Origin: the human T2T-CHM13v2.0 reference genome, Homo sapiens | Assembly: GCF_009914755.1 (NCBI RefSeq) | Contig: NC_060941.1 | Strand: one strand, 5' to 3' | Length of the DNA: 64,000 nt | Part shown: one piece after another, positions 33,784 to 54,848 of the stretch | Position numbering within the stretch: the first letter of the stretch is position 1 | Layout: every line of letters starts with the position of its first letter | Notes under the pieces: model-generated | Database searches by the model: none | Seen by the model: the letters and a program-made list of their open reading frames with translations, nothing else | What the model was told of the DNA's origin: nothing | Program-made: the position numbers and the translations under genes

Positions 33784-35485
33784 TTAAATGTGAAGCTGAG
33801 GCAGGCAGATCACCTGAGGTAAGGAGTTCAAGACCAGCCTGGCCAATATGGTGAAACCCTATCTCTACTAAAAATACAAAAAAATTAGCTGGGTGTGGTG
33901 GAAGCCACCTGTAATTCCAGCTACTCGGGAGGCTGAGGCAGGAGAATCGTTTGAACCCAGGAGGCATAAGGTATAGTGGGCCGAGATCGCGCCACTGCCT
34001 GGGCAACAAGAGTGAGACTCTGTCTCAAAAAAAAAAAAAAATTAAACACATTAGCCAGGCATAGTCGTGTACACCTATCATCCTAGCTACTCAGGAGGCT
34101 GAGGTGGGAGGATTGCTTGAGGCCAGGAGTTTGAGGTTACAGTGAGCTGACTGCACCACTGCACTGCACTCTAGCCTGGGCAAGAGTGAGATCTTGTCTC
34201 AAAAAAGAAAATAAAATAAAGCAGGGCCAGTTCCTGATGTCAAGTCCTGCCATACACTAAACTAAGGGAGATGGGGCAGGATGCCTTGCCTCTACTGCAA
34301 ACAAACCTTCTGACTTTCATCCCTTCAGGGAGCTGGATCCTAGACAGAGAGCTAGCTTTCCATTGGTGCAGAGATGAGGGCAGATCCTGCCCTTCCCCAC
34401 CTCGAGTTTAGCCAGTTAGTGGTCTAATTAACCACAAATGTCCTCTCCCATCACAGCAGAGTATTTGACATTTGACCCTCAACCCAGTTGCCACTAATGC
34501 ATTCAGGATTTACAGAGGAAACCTTAGTCCTGACTTAATGGACTGGGGGGAGGGGGCACAGCCTTGTGTCTCCCACTTTCCTTGCAAATCCTGTTATCTC
34601 AATGAGGCCCCAGGTGGCAGTGAGGGGATAACCTAGAGTCATTAGAACTCCTCCAGGAGCATAAATGGGGGAAATGGCATTTAATTTGCTGCTCCTTTTA
34701 TGTTACAAACCTTTTTTATTTAGAAATGTCAGAGAATGGAGGAAGTTCAAGTTAATGCAGTAACTGGGCTGGGGAACCATATCTTCCTAGAGTTGGGAAA
34801 AAACCCAATTTACTCATGGAGAAATGAAGGAAGCCATAGGAATGCACGTGCTTTGAGAGGGATGCTGGGGGCAGGGTAGTTTATAAGTTGGCAGTGGAGC
34901 AGACACTAGGTAAACTGCTGGCAAAAACTGGCATAGACACAAGAGTGTATCCTGTATAATTCCATTTATATGAAATTCTACAGCAGGCATCTATAATGAG
35001 AGAAATGAGATGAGTTGCCTGGCCAGGGGGCGGGGGGTGCTGAGTGTAAAGGGACATGAGAAGTGTGATTCTACGGTGACAGAAATGTTTTATATGTTGC
35101 TTGGGGTGATGGTTACATGAGCAAATACATTTGCTGAAATTCATCAAATTGTATACTTAAAATACGCACACTTAATATACATAAATTATTCCTCAATAAA
35201 GTTGATTTTTAAATTCCCAGCATCAAGCTCTGTGATACCCTTCATTGGCTAAACCCTCCCAATAGCCAAAAAAAACCCCAGAAGAGTCATGCCAGTTCCT
35301 ATTCCAGGGGGTGCTCACAAGAGAATGTGACTGTCAAATCTGTGCCTACAGAGGAAACCATTCCACTTCTTTGTTTTTCTGCCAACAGAAACAATTCGTG
35401 GTGGCTGTCCCATTTCCTTTTTCCTGGCATATCAAGCCTGGCTCCGAGACTTAAAGGGAAAACAGAGACAAAGAGTTCAGGGCTC

Positions 35486-38995
<3,510 letters not shown>

Positions 38996-39049
38996 TGTAT
39001 GGACAGAACAGAACTGGGGTGGAATGTAGGAGAGAAATTGAGCAGACTA

Positions 39050-41430
<2,381 letters not shown>

Positions 41431-44350
41431 AACTGCTCCTGCTCCTCTGATCCCTGTGGTAAGGCTTCACACATACCTGGTTCTTAAAATGGCCAACAAG
41501 TATCAAGTCAGGTCTACCTCCCATGGTCTCCATGCTCCTCTCTGAGGCCATCTCTTCCCTAATTCCAAACCCTCGGAACTGTATTTCATCCACTAAAACA
41601 CTGGTTTTTGCTCTTCACTAGTTCTTCCCTGACAGGTGCAAAGTCTTCTGATTTTTCTCCTTGTTTCCTACACATTCTTCCTCCACAAAATCCATGGGCT
41701 CTTGTCCATGAGAGCAGCTCCTGTGACAACACCAAGTTCAAAGTCCTCTCTTTTTCCACCTAGAAGTAAACTAATCACCTCATGAAAGGGTAACTAACTT
41801 CTGCTGTAGATAAAGACATATCCATCCTTCCTATCTGAAACACCATTAGCCACAGACCAGCATGCCTAAATGCCTAAACAGGTGAGAAACTAAAGAAAAG
41901 GTGGTATCTGAAATCTCAGATGACAAAATGTTACAAAGTAGGCTTTTTTTGAAGGGAGGAAATCTCCAAAAAAGTGCAGCAGTCCACCGAGGGCAATGTG
42001 GTCCTGATCCCTTAGACGAGTGCAAGATTACACTCTTCTTCTAGGCAGATGTCTCAGTTCCCAAATGGGGACACTGAAGTATCAGACCTTACTGCAGACC
42101 AGGATGAAGCAATAAAACTTACGACTAACTGGCCTCTGAAGCTTAGCCTGTCCAGGGCAGTGGTGGGAAGTTCCCATGAGATGCCTGTTCATTATGTCCA
42201 GAGGCACGGATCTTGCTTAAAGTCAATGCCTTTCCAACTAGCCCCTCAAACAAACTTTCAACTTAAAGTTAGCAAAGAAAAAAGATGACCACTTTGTCCA
42301 ACAGAGTAGGACTCACAGGACTCCTGACTCGTGATACCTAACCATCAGCTATTGAGAAACTTCATAACCACATATGGACAGACTCATGCCTGCCTATCGG
42401 AACACCATGCATCACACACACTCCCAGGACCTGACATGCATAGGCGTATAACCCAGAGCATATATTCACCTTCTCTAACCGGACTATACTTCGCATCTAT
42501 CCTGAGACTTGGCTGAGGGAGAGGAAAAGAAACAGGAGGCAAAGAAAACAAGACCAGCCACTCAGGCACCACCCTTGGCCGATACAGTCCCATGGTGCTA
42601 GACAATAAGCGACATCTCTTGCTGTAACCACAGGCAAGCTAATCCTCCACCTGAGGCCTCCTTTTCTTCATGTGTAAAATAAGGGACCCAAGGTTCATTG
42701 CAGCTAGCTGTAATACTCCTGACTCTCAGGCCTCTACCAGTTCTCTACAGACAGGTTGCTTTCTGTGAGAAACAGAACCAGCAGAGAGAGGCCTGGTAGA
42801 GTGAGAAGCAGGATGCAGAACAAAATCAAGGATTGACTTCCAGAAAGGGACATGGGGTTCATATTCTGATCACCCAGTTTCCCTAGAAATGTTGTCAGAT
42901 GACCCCTGGGACAGCAGGAAGACCGAGTAACAAACTGGGCTGGATTGTTGGCCCGAAGCAGCTCCTAGAGGTCTGGGCATTATACCACTGGTACTCGCTA
43001 TCCTGGCAGGACCCTCACTAACACCAGTGATGACAGTGAAAACAGTAACCTGCCCAAGACCAAGAAACCACAGAGACCTCAATTTACACATGCACTTTCC
43101 TAAATGACAGGTCAAGATCTAAAACCCTAGCTCAGATTACGGTTCATCGATCTCCACCCAAAGGCACCTTCAGCTCCTCTGCCAAAGCAATGCAAAGTCT
43201 TGCTGGCCCTCTTTGTCATCGCTTGGTCTTGTGAGCAATTTCAAGCACTCACAAGTGAACCTAAAGAACTGAAATCCACAGGAAACCCAAGCTTGATCCT
43301 CCTTATTCCAAAATTCTAGTTAGTGAAGTTGGTGTTTCGGGTCCTTTTACTTCCTCTGCTCATTCCTAGTGTGGGGATTCATAAAGAAATGGTCAGAAGG
43401 CAAAGAGCAAGTGGTTGGAAGAGGGAGAATAAAGACCCTGAACAAACACCACATAAACAGTCTTCCAGCTTAAACTGTCAGGATCCAACTTCCTGGCAGG
43501 GGCTGTTGAACAATCTCAAAGCACCCTAAGGACCCAGGGGACCTATCTCTCCTATCTAGGACCATAATCACTATGCATCATCACAACATTGCAGCCACAC
43601 AACAGATAAGTCAACATCTTTAAAATGATCACCTTCAAAAACTATGGGAAGACATATTATTTCTACTATGAATAGTCCCTCCTTATAACCAGGCATCCTC
43701 TTCTCTCAAATGGTTAATAGCCATTCTTTCTTCTCCCTAACCCAGAGAGACCCAGGTGAAGTGTCTGGTTCAAGGAAGCCTGTGCTTCTCCAGTTGATAC
43801 ATCTTGTTCAAGAGGGAAAAAAAAGGAAACCCAGGGTGGAGTTCTACATTCAAAGGTAAGGAGGCCTGGAGGATGGAAGAATTTGAGCAGCCACAACAAC
43901 CAAACGATCAGAAAGAGAGGACTATTTGGGCAGACCACTGCTACTTGACAGAGCTGGCAGCCGGCTGTAAGGAACAAGGGGGAATATACACCCTCACAAA
44001 CAGGATGAGGGGGGAGGAGGAGAAGCAGGGATGAAAGCGACTCCACTGCACTGAGGCCTTGCCTTTGCGCTCCATGGGCTGCCCCAAGCGAGCACGCCAC
44101 ACGCAGGAAGCCAGAAGGGCTGGAGGGAAGGGGAGGTGGCGACGGCAGACCACAGAGACACCAGGCCTCGCGTGGCGTGCGGGGAGTGCACACGGGGCCG
44201 AAAGGCGTGCAAGGGTGGGGTGGGCGTGCAAGTGGCTTGGCGAGGGGTGGCAGGCGTCACCGGCAGGGCCTGCGGGGCAAGGGCCCAGGGCTGCAGGGGG
44301 CGTGGGAGCGCGCGGGGCCGCGCTCAGAGGGGCGCGCAGGAGCTGGTTAC

Positions 44351-44509
44351 CGTGTGGTTCACCCCCCACATCAGGACGCTGAGGATCGGCTCGCTGGCCC
44401 GGAATAGCTTCACTTTCTGGCACACGAAATGCTTCTTCTTGGTCTTGGTCTTGCTGGCGCTGAGCGGCGCCACCGCCACCGCCGTGGTGCTGGTGCAGTT
44501 GGACGACAT
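44351..44509 (-). CDS. PIP4K2B: PIP4K2B exon 1, coding part
   Basis: ATG at 44509; [53 protein letters not shown]|gtaacc; the ten exons sum to 1251 nt (416 aa + stop). Confidence 0.97.
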
Positions 44510-44515
44510 GCCCGG

Positions 44516-44533
44516 GGCGGCGGCGGCGGCGGC
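44516..44533. repeat. (GGC)6, read as (GCC)6 just upstream of the PIP4K2B ATG
   Basis: Direct reading. Confidence 0.9.
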
Positions 44534-45554
44534 GAAAGAGGGGGGCGGCGGAGACAGCGCACAAGCCAGCGGCCTCAGGCCTCCCCCGGACCGATCCCCA
44601 CCCCCGCTCCCTCACCGCGCCATGGTCGCGCCCGTCCCGTTACCTCCCACCCCGCCCCGGTGGTTCCGTCCGCCCCACGCCCCGCCCTCCCGCCCCGCCC
44701 CGGGGAGCCCGCCGGCCCGCTCCGCACCCCGCCCCCGGGCGGTGCAGCCGCCCTGCAGTCCCCTGGCCCCGTCCTCCCCGTCCGCGTGGTACGGCCCGTC
44801 CCGGGGAGGCAGCGGCCGCCCCGCCCGCCCCTCCTCCCCGGGCCTGACAGAAACCCGCCTGGCCTCCGAACGCCTCGGGGCCCCGTGCCGGAGCCGGAAG
44901 GGGAGGAGGGCTGGGCAGGCGTCGCTGTGGACCGCGGGAGGGGCTCCCCGCCCGGGCCCCCCAACGCCAGGGTTTGGCTCTTTCCCGCAACCCGAATGCC
45001 AAGATGGCGGCGATGCCACCGCTCCGGAAGGGAAGGAGGGACGGGAATGCGAGGAGGGCGGGACGTACCATGCCCACCCCGGGGGAGAGGAGGGACGCAG
45101 CAAGGGGAAGAGAAAGTCCAGCCTAGAAAGCCAAGGAACGCCCCCTCGCTCCACCTAAGCGTGGATCTGCCCACTCTGCTGGGCCCCGGGCGCGCTCCAC
45201 CCGCGGGGCACGCCCCTTGCCCCCAGGGCCAATGAGAGAAGCAGGCCAGGAACACTGGTTTTTATGAATGGGCCCCGCGCCCACCCACCTGCTGCCTGTT
45301 CTCCCCGCAAAGGGTCAGAGCTCAGAGGCCGCCAGCACCTTCAGACACCTATCCCACTAATCGTCTTACTCTGGCTCATTTCGTAAAATCTTTGAGTAAA
45401 CTGCCCCACGCTTTGTTACATAATTCTCAGATGAGGGATCTCCATATATTCGACACAAATTACAGGTCAACGTTGTTCTTTCTGCATGGAAATTCGTAAA
45501 CACGGTACTCCACAGGTGGTCGCTCTTTAAACAGTTACAAAAATAAATGTGGCC

Positions 45555-45560
45555 TTTATT
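45555..45560 (-). terminator. CWC25: CWC25 distal poly(A) signal
   Basis: TTTATT on +; U-rich sequence downstream on -. Confidence 0.7.
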
Positions 45561-45778
45561 ACCAATTATAAAATAAACATAATTAACCCCGGCATAATGA
45601 AGTGATTAAATGAATAAAAACGTATGTTACATTCTCTAGGGAAAGATCGGGTTTCAAGCATTACAGTGCCTGGCATCATAAGTGTTCAAAAACAGAAATC
45701 CAAATACATTTTAAGCAGAATTAGGAATTAGCAGAACAAGGAAATCGCCCAGCTAATGTGCGGGTCAAGAGGGCCTAG

Positions 45779-46169
<391 letters not shown>

Positions 46170-46290
46170 TGTTTTTTGTTTTTTTTTTAGTACCTGACTG
46201 AAAGAGACTAGCAAACAACTCCTGAAAATCTGTAATTGTAGTAAGGTTACTACACGGTAAGAAGTGAAGCCGCAAAATAAAAACTTCCAT

Positions 46291-46296
46291 TTTATT
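46291..46296 (-). terminator. CWC25: CWC25 proximal poly(A) signal (candidate)
   Basis: TTTATT on +; U-rich downstream element on - (GTTTTTATTTTG). Confidence 0.6.
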
Positions 46297-47175
46297 TTCC
46301 TTTAGGAGCCATGGAGCATATTGGCAATTTGGTTCTGACTCCTAAAATCATTTTACTATACCTTTACACTGCCTACATTGGAGACTGCAAGCAGTGGAAA
46401 AGAATAGATACTCCAGATCTCGTCGATAAACCCAGGCTCCTCCTAAACCAGCCAGATTCAGAGAGAAAAACGAGCTGGCCTGCCTTATTGTATTACTTGC
46501 CATCAAGGTTCAATGTGGTTCTATTACCCAGTAAAGTCATTGACCAAACAAGGTATTTTCACAAAGCTAACCTTTTTTAAAAGCATGTAAAAATTGTACA
46601 TTTGTACATATACGCATTACAATTTTACATCCAAAGATCAAATAGTTAACAGTTCATTTAGGGCTTTTTGTATTGTTTGATTTTCCAGATTCTGTCACCC
46701 CTTGGCTTTGACCTAACCTGACATCATTCTGTCACATTATCTTCTAAATCAAGTAAACGTTCATTTGTCTCAGTAAGCACAATCTATCTGGGTGACACCA
46801 GAGAGGTTTCTGAAGGGTCTGGTGTACGCTGAGGCAGTGAAATAGGTCTGTTGGCACAGGTAAGAAGGAAGTGGCATGATAAACATCACAACCCCAGGGA
46901 ACAGCCTTCCAGAGTGGCACAAGCACTCCCACCGAGATGGTCCAGTGCCCACCCGTTAAAGAGTCAAAACCCAAAGTTACTGAGTGTCCCACAAAGCAAG
47001 TCACACTAGCTCTCAAAGGAAGTGAGCTGTTTCAGGACTCAATGAAGCAGGGTCACTTTGAACACTGGTGGTTTGACATCTGTGAAAGAAGTCATTTGAA
47101 CTCTTATAAAGAGAATTAAGGGGTCAGCAGCTTCCCTGGAAAATGCAGGAAAACCAATAAGAGAGGGGACAGTTT

Positions 47176-47290
47176 TCATCTTTTCATAAAGTTCTTCTCC
47201 AGAGCTACCGAAGTTCTCTGTAAAGAGTAGATATTCCGCTTCACCCGATCCTCCAGGGAGGAAGTAGATGCACTCTCCAGCTTCATGCGG
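47176..47290 (-). CDS. CWC25: Pre-mRNA splicing factor CWC25 homolog, terminal exon coding part
   Basis: cttcctag|C CGC ATG...AGA TGA; RMKLESASTSSLEDRVKRNIYSLQRTSVALEKNFMKR*. Confidence 0.95.
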
Positions 47291-47783
47291 CTAGGAAGAG
47301 AAGACAGGCAAATGCAAGTCAAAAACATTTTCAATCAGTCAACTATTCTGGCAGCTTCAGAAGAAATGGGTTGTTAGCCATAGAGCAGCTGTAAAAACAC
47401 AACCTCTTTTAAGCTCCCATAGATAACTTTCGAGTGACTCCACCTGGAACCAAATGTTTTTAAACCAGTGTCCATAAGGGAAAATGTATCTGTTTTGGAA
47501 AATAAGTCAAAGCCTCATTGGAAAAAGGCTTCCTGGGCCATGAATTCTTATTAAAAAGGAAGGTCAAGGAATTTCAATGATTTAGAAAATACCAAATTCA
47601 CTTCTCCTCCCCTCAAATGAAACACATCCCACTGTGTGGTCAGAAAGGAAGAGTAGTAGCCAAGGTGGTCTGAAGGCTGGGCTCCATGTGCAAACACAGA
47701 AACACTGGAACGGGAACCAGCTGCCAGCCTGCCTCTTAAGACCTTCCCCATGAAAGACCCTGGCAGGAAGAAGATGCACTCAC

Positions 47784-47945
47784 TGGATGAACTTCCCATC
47801 CCGGGAGTCCAGCTTCTCTAGCCTCTGCTCCCGTTCCTCATCCTTAGCATGCCTCTTGAGGATGTTCAGTCTCTCCTCCTCCCTCCATTTGGCGTTTTCC
47901 ATCATCTCTTGCCGTTTTCGCTCTAATTCCTCTGCAGAGAGTTTT
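47784..47945 (-). CDS. CWC25: CWC25 exon 9
   Basis: ctcaacag|A AAA CTC...ATC CA|gtgagt; KLSAEELERKRQEMMENAKWREEERLNILKRHAKDEEREQRLEKLDSRDGKFI; 162 nt. Confidence 0.95.
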
Positions 47946-48367
47946 CTGTTGAGCACAGAAACCATACGATCAGGTCTCTTCCAGCAAAAAAACCAGAAGC
48001 AGCACAAGAAGCACAGAAGCCAGGTGGGACCCCAAGCTCTCCAGTTCACTGCTCTCTCCAAGTGCAAGGCCAGCCTGAGTTCCCTTCTAACGTCCTGGTC
48101 AGGAGGTTTCATCCAAATTTCAAAGGCTTTTAGTAAAGTATTCCATAATCTCACTCAGTAATCTCTAGAGTGATTATTCTGAAATATGAAATATGAAATA
48201 AATTGGGAACTCATCAGGAACCTAAACTTGTAGCAATTATATCCCAATGGTTTGCTCAACAATTGACAGAAGAACAGAAGACTAGGTTATCCATGTAACT
48301 GTTAACATCTACCATCTAACTACCCATTGGAGACTAGAAATTCATGACACAGCCCATGAGTACACTA

Positions 48368-48815
<448 letters not shown>

Positions 48816-48980
48816 TTAAAAAAAAAAAACAAAAACGATTGCCAGGCACAGTGGCTCTAGCCCGTAATCCCAGCACTTTGGGAGGCTTAGGCAGGAGGAT
48901 TGCTTGAGTCCAAGAGTTCAAGACCAGCCTAGGCAACAAAGTGAGACCTCCCATCTCTGCAAAAAAAAAATTTTTTTTTA

Positions 48981-49190
<210 letters not shown>

Positions 49191-49689
49191 TTAGATTGCA
49201 GGAAGCAAATACTGACACTAGGAAAAAATATACAAATCATACAAGAAAGGAAATGTAACCTCCATATTCTGCTTGGCTTAGGAATGAAAAGTATCAGTAA
49301 ACAATATTTATATATCATACAAGTATGAATCCACATACTCACTGAACCAAAAATTCTGATGTAACCATATTGGAAAGATAGGGATAGAAGAAACATGGGA
49401 CTAGGAGTGTATGAGAGCTCATTTACACTAACAGATTATTTACTATAACAGTAAGAAAATATCTAAGATCTGGCCGGGCACGGTGGCTCACACCTGTAAT
49501 CCTAACACTTTGGGAGGCCAAGGCAGGTGGATTGCCTGAGCTCAGGAGTTCCAGACCAGCCTGGACAACACATTGAAACCCCATCTATATTAAAAATACA
49601 AAAATTAGGGCCAGGTGCTGTGGCTCATGCCTGTAATCCGAACACTTTGGGAGGCTGAGGCGGGCAGATCACCTGACCTCAGGAGTTCA

Positions 49690-49968
<279 letters not shown>

Positions 49969-50084
49969 TCACCTGAGGTTGGGAGTTCGAGACCAGCCTG
50001 ACCAACATGGAGAAAGCCTGTCTCTACTAAAAATACAAAAATTAGCTGGGTGTGGTGGCACATGCCTGTAATCCCAGCTACCTA

Positions 50085-50189
<105 letters not shown>

Positions 50190-50192
50190 TCA

Positions 50193-50390
<198 letters not shown>

Positions 50391-50572
50391 CTAATATCTA
50401 AAATTAATGGATGAAGAGGCAGCAACATATTTGTATTTTTAGGAATATGTAGCTATGAAAAGAAACTACTGAAAAAGCTGAAAGTAGTTGCCTTTGGGTA
50501 GCATGACTAAAAGTGGGATCAGGCAGGGCAAAGAACTACTAGCTTTTGTTTTTTTAAATGTTTTTAAAATAA

Positions 50573-50701
<129 letters not shown>

Positions 50702-51380
50702 TAATTGAGGGGTTTTTTAAAGAGGGTTTAATTTAAGAGAGGGTCTCGCTCTGTCGCCCAAGCAAGAATGCAGTGGCTTGATCGTAGCTCACTGCAACCT
50801 TAATCCCTTGACCTTAAGTGATCCTCCCTGCCTTAGCCTCCCAAAGCGCTGAGATTACAAGCATGGACTGCTGTGTCTGGCTTGGTTTTTGTTAAGAGAC
50901 TTTTTTTTTTTTTTGAGACAAAGTCTTGCACTGTCGCCTGGGCTGCTGTGCAGTGGTGAGATCTCAGCTCACTGTAACCTCCAACCCCTGGGTTCAAGCA
51001 GTTCTCCTGTCTCAGCCTCCCAAATAACTGGGATTACAGGCATGTGCCACCATGACCAACTAATTTTATATTTTTAGTAGAGATGGGGTTTCACCGTGTT
51101 GGTTAGGATGGTCTCGACCTCCTGACCTCAGGTGATCCACCCACCTCAGCCTCCCAAACTGCTGTGATTACAGGCGTGAGCCACCACGCCCAGCCTTACC
51201 TCGTCCTTTCAATGTCCTCACATGGCTGGAGGCAGGGGACGCAGACCCTTACAGGTTGGCAAGATAAATAAAAGTTGGTTCGTCGAAAAGGTAATGATGG
51301 ATTATCCATTTGCCATGGTTTGAGCCCCTTCTAGATTCAGGCCTGCAAAATGTGGTTAATCAACTGGGCTCCTGACTCAC

Positions 51381-51479
51381 CTGGTGTATCCGGGAGCATG
51401 TCGCCTTTGGTAGACCTCTTTTTTAGGTGATGGGCTCCTAGTTTGGCCTGTCTCTCTCCTGTTCACCTTAGAGTTGTGC
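51381..51479 (-). CDS. CWC25: CWC25 exon 8
   Basis: gctacag|G CAC AAC...ACC AG|gtgagt; HNSKVNRRETGQTRSPSPKKEVYQRRHAPGYT; 99 nt. Confidence 0.93.
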
Positions 51480-51848
51480 CTGTAGCAGACACAGAAGGCA
51501 AAGAGGAAAAAGCCTTTTTGGTCCAGGGGCTTACACTGAATCCCTCAAACAATGCAAGATGAGCTAATGGTCTTAGAGGTATAATCTAAGTGTGAGAAAA
51601 ACAAAGGTATAGGGTTTGATGTTAGACTCACCCCAGAGCTCCCAAAGCACAGAATACACCTACAGATATGTGGCTTTGGATGCCTGAGCTTTACATTGAG
51701 GTGGAAAAAAAAAATGATGTAAAGGAAATACCAAAGCAAAGACATTTGGGAAAGTCAATGGACGGACATCACCAAAAGCAAAAACAAATGCCTGCTGGGA
51801 CCAGGCCCCCACAGTCACAGGTTATTTCCCAGTGAATCCCACACTCAC

Positions 51849-52060
51849 AGTTTGCTGGGTCTTGGGGACCGTGACCTTCTGCCCAGGGATCGAGACCTCC
51901 TGTCCCGGGACCCTGCTTCCCTGGTGCTCTTCTTGCTGGCATGTCTTGGGGGTGAGTGGGAGGAGCTTCTGGATCTGGAATGGTTCTTCATCCCATGCCC
52001 TCTCTTTTGCTCTGCTGTCAGAGGACCCTGAAGACCCTGGTTACGGTCAGAGTTCCGGAC
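51849..52060 (-). CDS. CWC25: CWC25 exon 7 (RS-rich)
   Basis: gatgtag|GTC CGG...AAA CT|gtgagt; [40 protein letters not shown]...[10 protein letters not shown]; 212 nt. Confidence 0.93.
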
Positions 52061-52187
52061 CTACATCATTAAGGAAAAGAGAAGTTATTCACATGGAAAA
52101 TCCAGCTATTCAGGAGAAAACGCGGCCGGGCTCAGTGGCTCACGCCTGTAATCCCAGCACTTTGGGAGGCCGAGGCGGGGGGGATCA

Positions 52188-52493
<306 letters not shown>

Positions 52494-52978
52494 TTATCAC
52501 AGAGAACTGTATAAACTTAGTTATCTGCAGAATCCCCTAAAAGAATCTCCTTCGGTCAGCCAGGTGCAGTCGCTCACACCTTGAATCCCAACACTTTGGG
52601 AGACGGAGGCAGGAGGACTGCCTGAGATCAAGAGTTTGATACCACCCAGAGCAACTAGTGAGACCTTGTCTCTACAAAATATTTAAAAATTAGCTCGGTG
52701 TGGCAGCACACGCCTGTAGTCCCAGCTACTCAGGAGGTTGAGGCAGAAGGATCCCTTGAGCCTAAGAGGTCAAGACAGCAGTGAGCCAGGATCACACCAC
52801 TGCACTCCAGCTTGGATGACAGAGAAAGACCCTGTCTCAAAAAAAAAAAAAAAAAAGATGGCTGGGTGCTGTGGCTCATGCCTGTAATCCCAGCACTTTG
52901 GGAGGCTGAGGCAGGCAGATCACGAGGCCAGGAGATCAAGACCATCCTAGCTAACATGGTGAAACACTGTCTCTACTA

Positions 52979-53245
<267 letters not shown>

Positions 53246-53358
53246 TCACAAGGTCGGGAGTTCGAGACCAGCCTGGCCAATATGGTCAAACCCCTCTCTA
53301 CTAAAAATACAAAAATTAGCCGGGTGTGGTGGTGGGTGCCCGTAGTCCCAGCTGCTCA

Positions 53359-54136
<778 letters not shown>

Positions 54137-54215
54137 CTAGGCAAAATAATGATGCACTGCTACTCAAAAAAAAAAAAAAAGAACCCAGCAGATTTATGTT
54201 TGTCAAAAATCATCA

Positions 54216-54533
<318 letters not shown>

Positions 54534-54784
54534 CTATACACTTAAAATGTGTGCATTTCATGTAAATTATTTGTAGAGGGATGGGTAGAATGTCTCAATG
54601 CCCCATTGGTGGTTTAGTCTCTCTGCTCAGAGGGTCATCAGCCACAAGAAGGTGCTCAGCGATAAGAATGGGCCTGTTTCCCAGCAGCCCAGGCTTCACT
54701 GCCCACCTCCCTGCTATCCACATTGTCCAAGTGGCACATCCCACAGTCCCACAGTCACTCCTTTCAAGAAGCCCACATCCCTAC

Positions 54785-54848
54785 CTGTAAGCCATATCCA
54801 GGGACTTTGGACAAAACAGGGGAGGAATTTGCCATCTTCTTCTGTGAT
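54785..54848 (-). CDS. CWC25: CWC25 exon 6
   Basis: ctcttag|A TCA CAG...TTA CAG|gtaggg; SQKKMANSSPVLSKVPGYGLQ; 64 nt. Confidence 0.92.

Larger units (their letters stand above)
44050..45330. promoter_or_regulatory. PIP4K2B: CpG island / PIP4K2B promoter
   Basis: Very GC- and CpG-dense; many GGGCGG/CCGCCC boxes, CCAAT ~45229, YY1-type CAAGATGGCGGC 45000-45011; spans exon 1; edges approximate. Confidence 0.93.

Noticed and set aside
43941-45255. Long overlapping ORFs (340, 268, 226, 224, 180 aa) across the CpG island
   Set aside because: Stop-codon scarcity in very GC-rich DNA; low-complexity P/G/R/A products, several with non-ATG starts.
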